Positions 50,169 to 60,716 of a DNA stretch of 64,000 nucleotides are shown here, in pieces. The DNA comes from Heptranchias perlo (taxonomy: Eukaryota). The stretch's first letter is position 1. The number at the start of each line of letters is the position of its first letter. Location: contig NC_090329.1 in assembly GCF_035084215.1 (NCBI RefSeq), forward strand, positions 32,860,001-32,924,000, written 5' to 3'. The notes under the pieces were generated by a model. The model saw only the letters and a program-made list of their open reading frames with translations, made no database searches and was not told the origin of the DNA. A program made the position numbers and the translations under genes.

Positions 50169-50371
50169 GGGTTGGTAAGTAATTAATACAGCCATCGGTC
50201 ACTAAAATAGTAATTCATATAATTATTCCATTAAGTCTATTCAGGTTCATATTGTAGTAATTAGAAATGGTCAATTTTCCATTAAGGATTTCTAGCTTTC
50301 CCTTCCTTTACAATCAAAGTTCTGCAACAGTTTTTCAGCCGTATGTTGCAATAAACATCCAGAGACATAGA

Positions 50372-50765
50372 GGTAGATTTTCAGCTTGTCGCCCCGGCTT
50401 GGAACTGGTGTTGTGGATCGACCACCCATTATAGAGACAGCCCAATTTTCATTGGAAATATATCGCCATTTCTTCATTGTCGCTGGGTCAAAATCCTGGA
50501 ACTCCCTACCTAACAGCACTGTGGGAGAACCGTCACCACACGGACTGCAGCGGTTCAAGAAGGCGGCTCACCACCACCTTCTCAAGGGCAATTAGGGATG
50601 GGCAATAAATGCTGGCCTCGCCAGCGATGCCCACATCCCGTGAACGAATAATAAAAAAAAATTTCCATTGAAATCAATAAAAATGAAATACAGGTGTTTT
50701 CTATAATGTGCAGCTGATCCGCATTGTTAGTTCTACACCCGGGAGACAAGCTGAAAATCTACTCC
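50372..50765. mobile_element. Small palindromic MITE interrupted by a ~200 bp LINE 3' end (50452-50660, + strand)
   Basis: TIRs GTAGATTTTCAGCTTGTC / GACAAGCTGAAAATCTAC. The insert matches the reverse complement of 54855-55057 and is flanked by tttycattg. A similar MITE lies at ~56294-56472. Confidence 0.7.
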
Positions 50766-51297
50766 ATGAAATTCAAGATGAAAATAAGCTGTTTCAAAGG
50801 AGCTGATTACAAGCAGTAACCTTCATCCTGACTAAAGAGGACACAAATGCAAAATTAACAGGGCTCAAAGTGTTCAAAGCAGATCAATGGGTTTCTCATC
50901 AATGACTTGCCTTTAATGTACAAAATGTCCCGAGAAATAATAAAGGGAGAGAAGTTTGAAGTGGTGGCTAAAGGATAGGCCAAATGTTTTTTAAATAAGG
51001 AAAGTGAAATAGAGAAGTGGAGGGTTTAGAGAGGAATTTCCAGAGAGTAGGGCTGAGGCAACTGAAAGCTCTGCCACCAGTGGTGGGTTATTGCAGACAG
51101 GAAAGGAAAGGGTGGGTTAGTGACGCTGATAGCATACAGTCAAGCAAAAAGTAAAGGGACCATGTTTTGAGGTTCAGTTCAACGCTGACAGTAGAGGAGA
51201 GGCACCTTTGTTGTTTTTTGACATTTTGAAGGGATTAGTAAGCTTTGTAATTACTATAAATTTACTGAATATTGTGCCTTACCAAGATCTAGATAAA

Positions 51298-51548
51298 TGT
51301 GAGGAATCTTACAACACCAGGTTATAGTCCAACAGTTTTATTTGAAAATCACATGCTTTCGGAGGCTTTCTCCTTCGTCAGGTGAGTGTGAGATTCCATG
51401 GAAGGTACCGCATATCTCACACTCACCTGACGAAGGAGAAAGCCTCCGAAAGCTTGTGATTTTCAAATAAAACTGTTGGACTATAACCTGGTGTTGTAAG
51501 ATTCCTTACATTTGTCCACCCCAGTCCATCACCGGCATCTCCACATCA
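51298..51548 (+). mobile_element. Penelope-like family A, fold-back insertion 5
   Basis: ~97 bp arms plus tail. TAGATAAATGT is duplicated at 51290-51300 and 51549-51559. Confidence 0.92.
51423..51459 (+). ncRNA. Minimal type I hammerhead ribozyme motif
   Basis: UCAC-CUGACGA-A-GGAG-AAAGC-CUCC-GAAA-GCUU-GUGA. Confidence 0.7.
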
Positions 51549-51780
51549 TAGATAAATGTAGTGAGACCTAGGGGCTGATCAGAAAGCCGTTGTCAGTTTA
51601 CTGGAAAATATCACACATTTCCATGTGACCTCCTTGTCTTTGGTAGAATTTACCTTCTATCAGACCATAGCTGAGGTATAAACCAATATTCTATCCAACC
51701 TCCACTATTGGAATGGAATGGCTAGCGGCAGTCAAGCAAATTGGCTAAGACTACAGATGTTCTCTATCCTAGCCTGGAAA

Positions 51781-51945
51781 GAAAGAATAAAATAATTTGC
51801 ATTTCTATAGTGCCTTTCACAAGTCCCAAAGCACTTCACAGCTCATGAAATACTTTTTGAAGCGTAATCACTGTTGTAATGTAGGAAAACACGGCAGCCA
51901 ATTTGCGCACAGTAAGGTCCCACTAACGGCAATGAGATAAATGAT
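51781..51945 (-). mobile_element. DeuSINE-type 3' fragment
   Basis: Matches 13228-13395. Confidence 0.65.
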
Positions 51946-52292
51946 CAAAGACAGAGAAACTGCAGACCTGTGTGCTGCAACAGTATGAACCTATCTTGGC
52001 AGCCAACCTGACAAAGCCCTAGTAATGATTTTGGAACTAACTATTCATGTTGTTGAAAACGTTTCAAAGAAGATTCAAAGGCTCGTTCATTGTCAGCTGC
52101 AGTGCAGCATTCGAAAGCTCACTGGCTGTCGACAAGTGCAAAATTTGCATATACATGTCTAGTAATAAAAAAGACCTGCCTGGGGTGATGTTTTTAAACT
52201 TTCTGACTCGAGAATGATGTATATGACTATATCCAGTTATGCCATTCCTCTGACAGTTACTCACAGAAAGGATTTTACTGTATTTGTTGCAG

Positions 52293-52551
52293 ATTATCAC
52301 AATGAGAGACTACATTCCTAAAATCCTTGGTTCCCAAGCTTTTGATCAGTTTATTGGAAAACACGATGGATATGATGAAACGCTGAATCCCACAGTGTCC
52401 AATGTGTTCGCAACCGCAGCTTTCCGTTTCGGTCATGCGACAATCAGCCCTAAAATACAAAGACTTGACGAAAATTACAAGGAGCATCCCATGTACCCGA
52501 GCATAAATCTGCACAAGGTTTTTTTCAGTCCTTGGAGAATCATTAAGGAAG
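52293..52551 (+). CDS. TPO: TPO exon 9 ([13 protein letters not shown]...[15 protein letters not shown]...[10 protein letters not shown]), with proximal His
   Basis: 259 nt, AFRFGHAT motif, AG/GTGAAT boundaries. Confidence 0.97.
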
Positions 52552-52648
52552 GTGAATATCTGAGTTGGTGATATAAATCAGAACACAATAGCACATCGTG
52601 CTTATAATAGGCTACACACTAACTCAGTATTTCTGTTGTGATTGGTAG

Positions 52649-52819
52649 GTGGTTTAGACCCCTTGTTCAGAGGACTTCTGGCAAAGCCAGCAAAACTGCA
52701 AACATCGGATCAAATGATGGTTGAAGAACTGACAGAGAAACTATTTGCTCTGACAAATGCTGTTGCACTGGATCTGGCATCGCTAAACCTGCAACGAGGG
52801 CGTGACCATGGACTTCCTG
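52649..52819 (+). CDS. TPO: TPO exon 10 ([18 protein letters not shown]...[17 protein letters not shown])
   Basis: 171 nt, phase 1-1, [14 protein letters not shown] motif, donor GTAAAT. Confidence 0.97.
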
Positions 52820-53205
52820 GTAAATTGAACCCCTGAGCAGTTGCAACCTGCAAATAAGATTAATATTTATGTCTGTGTTTTTAAGTCCATTCAGCAACTA
52901 ATCAGGAACCAATTAGCAACCTAAAATGCAACAGAGGGGCTTATTTTTTGACTGGCTCAACCTAAATTGCTCAATGTGCTTTCTTTTAATGCAGACATTA
53001 AATATGTTTATTTTAAATGGGTAAGGGTTCGCATTTAAAAAAAGCACGGAAGACATTGGTAAGAATGCATTAACAATTTATACAGGAACACCTCAGTTGG
53101 AAAATAAACTCAGTGGGGCCGATTTTTGTGTCCCTATGGCCCTGTTTGCAGTTAAAATTGGGTGATAGGAAGGCCAAACTAGTGCATATGTTTAAAGTGC
53201 CAACT

Positions 53206-54100
53206 TTGGTGGCATTGTGGACAGTGAAGAAGGTTATCTAGGATTGCAACGGGATCTTGATAAATTGGGCCAGTGGGCCGATGAATGGCAGATGGAGTTT
53301 AATTTAGATAAATGTGAGGTGATGCATTTTGGTAGATCGAATCGGGCCAGGACCTACTCCGTTTATGGTAGGGCATTGGGGAGAGTTATAGAACAAAGAG
53401 ATCTAGGAGTACAGGTTCATAGCTCCTTGAAAATGGAGTCACAGGTGGATAGGGTGGTGAAGAAGGCATTCAGCATGCTTGGTTTCATTGGTCAGAACAT
53501 TGAATACAGGAGTTGGGATGTCTTGTTGAAGTTGTACAGGACATTAGTAAGGCCACACTTGGAATACTGTGTACAGTTCTGGTCACCCTATTATAGAAAG
53601 GATATTATTAAACTAGAAAGAGTGCAGAAAAGATTTACTAGGATGCTACCGGGACTTGATGGTTTGACTTATAGGGAAGAGGTTGGATAGACTGAGACTT
53701 TTTTCCCTGGAGAGTAGGTGGTTTAGGGGTGATCTTATAGAAGTCTATAAAATAATGAGGGGCATAGATAGTCAAAATCTTTTCCCAAAGGTAGGGGAGT
53801 CTATAATGAGGGGGCATAGATTTAAGGTGAGAGGGGAGAGATACAAAAGGGTCCAGAGGGGCAATTTTTTCACTCAAAGGGTCGTGTCTGGAACAAGCTG
53901 CCAGAGGCAGTAGTAGAGGCGGGTACAGTTTTGTCTTTTAAAAAGCATTTGGACAGTTACATGGGTAAGATGGGTATAGAGGGATATGGGCCAAGTGCAG
54001 GCAATTGGGACTAGCTTAGTGGTATAAACTGGGCGACATGGACATGATGGGCCGAAGAGCCTGTTTCCATGTTGTAAACTTCTATGATTCTATGATTCTA
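53206..54100 (+). mobile_element. 5'-truncated CR1, same subfamily as 7458-10953
   Basis: Nearly identical to 10038-10950 apart from small indels, with a (TTCTATGA)n tail. Confidence 0.95.
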
Positions 54101-54854
54101 TTCCGCCAAGGTCCTGCCCTTTCCGATTTTCAGTCAAAACCTGATGGCCAGAGCTCCCACTGGAAACAGGCTAGAGCCTCCTGAATATATGCTAATTGGG
54201 GTCAAATGATGTGGTCACGACCCCTGACACCATTTTCGTCTCTGTCCACCGGATTACTGCCGGTTCCTGCTCCCGTCCACCAGAAGTTGAAAGGCGGCCA
54301 TTTTGAGTGTAATTGAAAGGGATCCTTAGCTGCAGTCAGGGAAAGTTGGAAACCAGTTTGGCACTGATTTTTGCTTAGTTGGTTGTGGGTATTGAGGATT
54401 AAAGGCTTCCATATTTAATCTCCATGTTGCTGTCAGTGCTGCAAAAATGTTGCCTGCTGTTCTTCCCTGGTGCTTCCTTTCATTTCTGACTTTTCCACCC
54501 CTTCCCTTTAAGGGGTTGCTGCAAGCCCTTTATATTCGACCGCCCTTCCGTATTTTATGGCCCCAGATCGGCAAGCTGCCTAAAAGGAACACATCTCACG
54601 CTGACAGCTCATCAAATGAACGTAAATGAGGCCTTACCATGAAAATGGCTCGGGCCCCATGCCAATTCTTTCAGGTGGCCGGAGTGCTGGCTCAATTTAC
54701 ACGGGATTCGAAAATTACCTCTCACCCATCTTTAATAAATTGAATAGTGTACATAGAATTTTAAAAAATGAAAATAATTACAAAATATTAGAAGGACTTT
54801 AAGCTGACAGAAAGGAGAAAGAGTGAGGAATAGATGGAGGACATATATATATAT

Positions 54855-56272
54855 TCTTTTATTCGTTCATGGGATGTGGGCGTCGCTGGCGAGGCCGGCA
54901 TTTATTGCCCATCCCTAATTGCCCTTGAGAAGGTGGTGGTGAGCCGCCTTCTTGAACAGCTGCAGTCCATGTGGTAACGGTTCTCCCACAGTGCTGTTAG
55001 AAAGGGAGTTCCAGGATTTTGACCCAGTGACGATGAAGGAACAGCGATATATTTCCAAGTCGGGATGGTGTGTGACTTGGAGGGGAACATGCAAGTGGTG
55101 TTGTTCCCATGTGCCTGCTGCTCTTGTCCTTCTAGATGGTAGAGGTCGCGGGTTTGGGAGGTGCTGTCGAAGAAGCCTTGGCGAGTTGCTGCAGTGCATC
55201 CTGTGGATGGTACACAGTGCAGCCACAGTGTGCCGGTGGTGAAGGGAGTGAATGTTTAGGGTGGTGAAAGGGGTGCCAATCAAGCGGGCTGCTTTGTCCT
55301 GGATGGTGTCGAGCTTCTTGAGTGTTGTTGGAGCTGTACTCATCCAAGCAAGTGGAGAGTATTCCATCACATTCCTGACTTGTGCCTTGTAGATGGTGGA
55401 AAGGCTTTGGGGAGTCAGGAGGTGAATCACTTGCCGCAGAATACCCAGCCTTTGACCTGCTCTTGTAGCCACAGTATTTATATGGCTGGTCCAGTTAAGT
55501 TTCTGGTCAGGACCCCCAGGATGTTGATGGTGGGGGATTCGGCGATGGTAATGCCATTGAATGTGAAGGGAAGGTGGTTAGACTCTCTGTTGTTGGAGAT
55601 GGTCATTGCCTGGCACTTGTCTGGTGCGAATGTTACTTGCCACTTATCAGCCCAAGCCTGGATGTTGTCCAGGTCTTGCTGCATGCGGGCTCGGACTGCT
55701 TCATTATTTGAGGGGTTGTGAATGGAACTGAACACTGTGCAATCATCAGCGAACATCCCCATTTCTGACCTTATGATGGAGGGAAGGTCATTGATGAAGC
55801 AGCTGAAGATGGTGGGGCCTAGGACACTGCCCTGAGGAACTCCTGCAGCAGTGTCCTGGGGCTGAGATGATTGGCCTCCAACAACCACTACCATCTTCCT
55901 TTGTGCTAGGTATGACTCCAGCCACTGGAGAGTTTTCCCCCTGATTCCCATTGACTTCAATTTTACTCGGGCTCCTTGGTGCCACACTCGGTCAAATGCT
56001 GCCTTGATGTCAAGGACAGTCACTCTCACCTCACCTCTGGAATTCAGCTCTTTTGTCCATGTTTGGACCAAGGCTGTAATGAGGTCTGGAGCCGAGTGGT
56101 CCTGGCAGAACCCAAACTGAGCATTGGTGAGCAGGTTATTGGTGAGTAAGTGCCGCTTGATAGCACTGTCGACGACACCTTCCATCACTTTGCTGATGAT
56201 TGAGAGTAGACTGATGGGGCGGTGATTGGCCGGATTGGATTTGTCCTGCTTTTTGTGGATAGGACATACCTG
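54855..56272 (-). mobile_element. 5'-truncated LINE of a distinct CR1/L2-group lineage (RT domain plus C-terminus)
   Basis: RPISLLSIISKVME, QFGF, DIKAAFDRVWH, GVPQGSVLGP and FADD, with a frameshift near 55510. Confidence 0.92.
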
Positions 56273-57849
56273 TACTGGAACATAAATAAAGAAGTAGATT
56301 ATCACTTTCTTCTGTGGCGGAAAACAAGCGGCTGCAGATCGGCCGCCCGTTATTCGCCCCACCCAATTTCCCTTTCCATTGATCTCTAGAAGGGAAACCA
56401 AGCAGGGTGGATGATGGGCAACTGATCCACTACAACCTGTTTTCCGCTGTCACCTGAAGTAAAAATCTACCCTAAGGTTACCTGCTCTTCAAGTGGAAAA
56501 GGTCCAACAACTTCGACCCATGAGTCTTAAAGGAGCTGGGGACTGCATTTAATGAAACTTTAACTGACATTTTCTCAATACCCTAAATTCAGGAGAGATT
56601 CCTGAGGACTGGAAAGTGGGGGACACATCTGACACAAGAGCCGGGATGTGCCCATCTGGGACCTCCGCTGTTGACCCCACCAAAGTAAATGGGGTCAGGT
56701 GGAAGGACTCTTTGTTCTCATGCTAATGGCAGGCCACTAGGAGCACATCTAGGCAGCCTGCCATGGTGGAGAGGCCAGGAAGTCTTACCACTTCAGGGAT
56801 GGAGTGCTGTAAATGGGAACTTTTCAGGCTGGAGAGAGATTAAAAGATGGATCGGTCTGGAGACCCTTGCTATTTTTAATTTAAATTAAAGATTTGGAAA
56901 AGGATATCCTAAGCAAAATCTCCAAGCTTGTGGATCACTCCAAAATAGTTGGCAAAGAATGAGAAGCAATGCAACTTTGTTTTTTGAGTAAATGCATCAA
57001 TAACTATCTGATGCAGTTCACTGTGGATAAGTATAAAATAATTAGTATGACAGCTAGGAACCAAAGAGAGTATCGGATGGATTTTCCCTGGGATTTCCAG
57101 GGCTTTCCTAGGATGCAGGGAGGCTGGAAGAGAAGGAAGGAGGGTGGGAGAGCTAGGCTTGCACCTGCAATAGCTGCAGGTGTGACAGAGCTATTCTAAG
57201 GAGGCAGGCTGGTGGGGGGGGCGGGGGGGGGGGGGTTCCTGACCTCCTGCCTCATTTCCCTGATGCAATGTCAACTCCGTACCCCAGCGTAAAGGCATCC
57301 GAAGAGCATGATGCTGTGGTCTGCCGCTGGACACCTTTGATTGGAGGGTCTGCAGGGATCCCAGGGCAAGCCAAAGACTCCTTGTTTTGACAACCACCTC
57401 CACCTCACGGCCCCCCACCCCGCGCCCAACATCGTCTGATAGAATCGGAACCTTTGGGTGCCAAACTCCAGATCCCAATATCCAAGGTCCGAATTGCAAC
57501 TGCACAGCTTGAGAAGCCTGCAGTGGTGCCTTATTTTCTTCCACCTTCTGCCAGACAGCAGGCCTGTGCCAGGGGTGTCCTGGACCATGTGAATGGCCCT
57601 CAGCCGGACATCCTGGTGATCTTGAAGATAGACCATATAAATGAGTTTAAGATAGAATTTGATATGTTTCTGGAGAAAGGAGGGATTGAGATTTGATGAG
57701 AATGCAGGTAGGTGGCAGCTCATGTCTGAGAAGGGGACGGGTTTGTGGGTCTTTTGGCCTTTTGCAGTTCCTAAAAGTTCTTGAACAACATATGAACGAC
57801 GTTATTAATATGCAAATCATCCAGCAACTTGTGACAAGAAAGAGATACC

Positions 57850-58513
57850 CTGTGAATTGTGAATTGCCACAGATTGCAGGACAATTTGTGCTATTCTGCC
57901 AACAGCTTCGCGAAAACGGCATCTCGCTGTTAACCTCCCTGTGATTTTCATGAAGTTGCTGCATTTGCACATTAATTGCCCATTAAACTCACCACAGAAA
58001 GTTAAGTCTAGTAATTAGCAGTGTAAGTACCCTTTTAACGATGTGATAATTGTTAATGACTGTCGATCAACCTCGCTGGCCTAGGAAGTAAATAATTAAA
58101 AGTATGGAATCTCATACCTTCAGGTTTTGAATTGTTGTTGGAGATTTCAAAAATGTAAAATTTAAAAAAAATTTTCTTACTTTTCCTTTCTGTCTCTTTT
58201 TTTTCTCTCTTAATCCAATCTTTCTTTCTCTCCCTTTATTTCTCTTTCTGTACCTGATTTGACATTGAATTCACCCACTCTAATTCACCCACATTTTCAG
58301 TCCTTCCTCTGTCTTTCTCAATCCTTAAATCTCCTTGGTTAATTGGACTGTTTGTCCCATATTGTTCACCAAGGTCCCAGTTGCCCTCTTGCCCTGGCCA
58401 CACTGTTATCAGCTCGCCCTTCCAGCAATTTTATAGACGAAAAAATGTAAAACCTAAATGTGCACAAACAAGTCTTAACCAAGAGGTGCCACGCTCCAGC
58501 AAATTTTGGGCCC
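57850..58513. mobile_element. MITE related to 12437-13188, inverted
   Basis: Interior homology, and it ends AAATTTTGGGCCC. Confidence 0.55.
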
Positions 58514-58710
58514 TTACGTTTTTATGTAAAAGTGTGCGAACAAAGTCAAAAGAAATAGATAACATAAGAAAGAAATATTGGGATAAAATCTTTATTTACA
58601 TTAATGAACAGAAACTAGTTGGGCCATGAATCGGTACGTGCCGAGACTGCTGATAACAAAAAATAGAGAAGAAATATCACACGTGTTTAGCTGAAATTGA
58701 ATGGCATTAA

Positions 58711-58920
58711 ACATAGAATCATACAGCATAGAAGGAGGCTAATTAGCCCATCGTGTCTGTGCCGACTCTTTGAAAGAGCTATCCAATTAGTCCAGGTCCC
58801 CTTCAACTTCCCCATGACCCTGCAAATATCTCCTTTTTACATATATATCCAGCCCCCTTTTGAAAGGTACGATTGAATCTGCTTCCATCACCCTTTCAGA
58901 TAGTGCATCCCTGATCATAA
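58711..58920 (-). mobile_element. CR1 3' UTR fragment
   Basis: catagaatcatacagcatagaaggaggc...gcccatc, similar to 49025-49235. Confidence 0.7.
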
Positions 58921-59166
58921 TGAACTCATGTAGTCTTGGAATTACAATGTGATTACTATGTTTGAAATTCCACTCTCTGTTATTTTAGTGGATACGTAGA
59001 CTCATTTATTAGTTTAATGCCTCTGCTGAAATAATAGAGCAAAAAATGGAAGATTGACGCATTAAGACTTTGCAGGATAATATCCTACGTTGTAATTTCA
59101 GGGCCAGAGTTTCCTGTTGACTGTTCCTAAACTTACAGAGAACGTCTGACTTTTCTTTATTTCTAG

Positions 59167-59404
59167 GATACAATGACTGGAGGGAATTCTGTGGACTGGA
59201 AAGATTGGAAACTAAAGCCAATTTAAAGAAAGCAATATCTGATTTAGATTTAGTTGAAAAGATAATGGATCTCTATGGGCATCCAAACAATATTGACATA
59301 TGGCTTGGTGGCTTGGCAGAAGATTTTCTCCCTGGAGCCAGAATTGGCCCATTATTCGCCTGTTTAATTGGAAAACAAATGAAAGCTTTAAGAGAAGGTG
59401 ATAG
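59167..59404 (+). CDS. TPO: TPO exon 11 ([11 protein letters not shown]...[45 protein letters not shown])
   Basis: 238 nt, AG/GTGAGT boundaries, strong TPO similarity. I found no later exons in the window. Confidence 0.97.
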
Positions 59405-60716
59405 GTGAGTTTTGCATTGCATTGTTCCATCCCAATCCAGTCACATAAACAGGCAGTTAGCTCACACTATTCTGGTAAATATCAAGCCTGGTATTATTAA
59501 CCAGCTTAATACAGATTAATCAAGCACTTTGGAGCAGAACAAATAGGACTAAACAAAACCGAACAATATTGAAAAATACCAGCTTCTTTTTCTTAGAAAC
59601 TATATGAGACTGACTTTCAAAGGAAGTAACTCCGCAGTGTTATTTTTGGAACCTTCCTTTTGCACAAATAGCAACTGCAGTGATTGCTTGGTTGGCAGTT
59701 ATTTGGCAGTCATGGACCTGGGCTTCTGCAATTTTAGGGGAAGGGGCTAATAAGTGGAATCCAGTAATTTGTATTGTTGAAAAAAAATTCCACAGATTAC
59801 AAATCGTGCTACCTGACAGTAAATGTAAGATCATACAGCACTCACATACATACAGAGAAGTACATAGCATTGCTGATTAACGCTAAATAAAAAGGATCAG
59901 ACCCATTTTCTTGCAGCTAGTCATAGGCTATATGTGAAGGGGGGTCATTTCTGGTTTTGAAACCAATATAATCTGTAGTGCCTTATCGTCTTCAATGGCA
60001 TAAACTCCATAAGTGTTTTGACAATGGCACAGATGTATTTTTATGAAAAAAGCATAACACACACTAGTTTTGTTTATATTGCATAATTATTAAATCTCTG
60101 TCTTAGTATTAGTGATATTACTATTAGTATTAGTATTATGCAGCCTTGCCAATAGATTTATTTCATGATTAAATATCAGATGTTTGAATCGGTTAAACTA
60201 AAAATGAGCCCAAGTGAATGCAACCTTTTTGGACTGAAGGGACAATTTACCTTCAGACACTTACCAGATGTGCAAAGTCACCACAGAGACATTTGCAAAT
60301 CTTTTGTTTTGATCAGTGTGCTCTGAAAATAGTTTTGAATGACCTCATTTGCAAGCTGTTGTCATAGTTATCTGCCCCAGCAGAAGATTGCAAGTGCTGT
60401 TATAGTGCTACACTAACAACAATAACCTAAATCAGTAAAAATCAGCGCAACAGTCAGCGCAAGGTCAGAAGAAGGTCCTTTAGACTCACATGGGGGAGAT
60501 AGATAGATGATAAGGACATAATTTATTGCAATACGTGAAAAGTAGTGAGTTGAAATTAAATGCAATATACACAATAAAGTAGTTAATAAATAAAAAACAA
60601 GACTAATTGATTGCAAATTTATCTGAAATCAAGCCAAATCCATCTACTAAATATAATCTAGAGCTCAATTGCATTATATCTAGAATTAAATTGCTACGAA
60701 TAAATAAATAAATAAA

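Noticed and set aside
47590-59404. Alternative identity as MPO/EPX/LPO or peroxidasin
   Set aside because: CGTGDQGA, Val after the haem-linking Glu, exon sizes matching TPO, and the absence of LRR/Ig exons all favour TPO.
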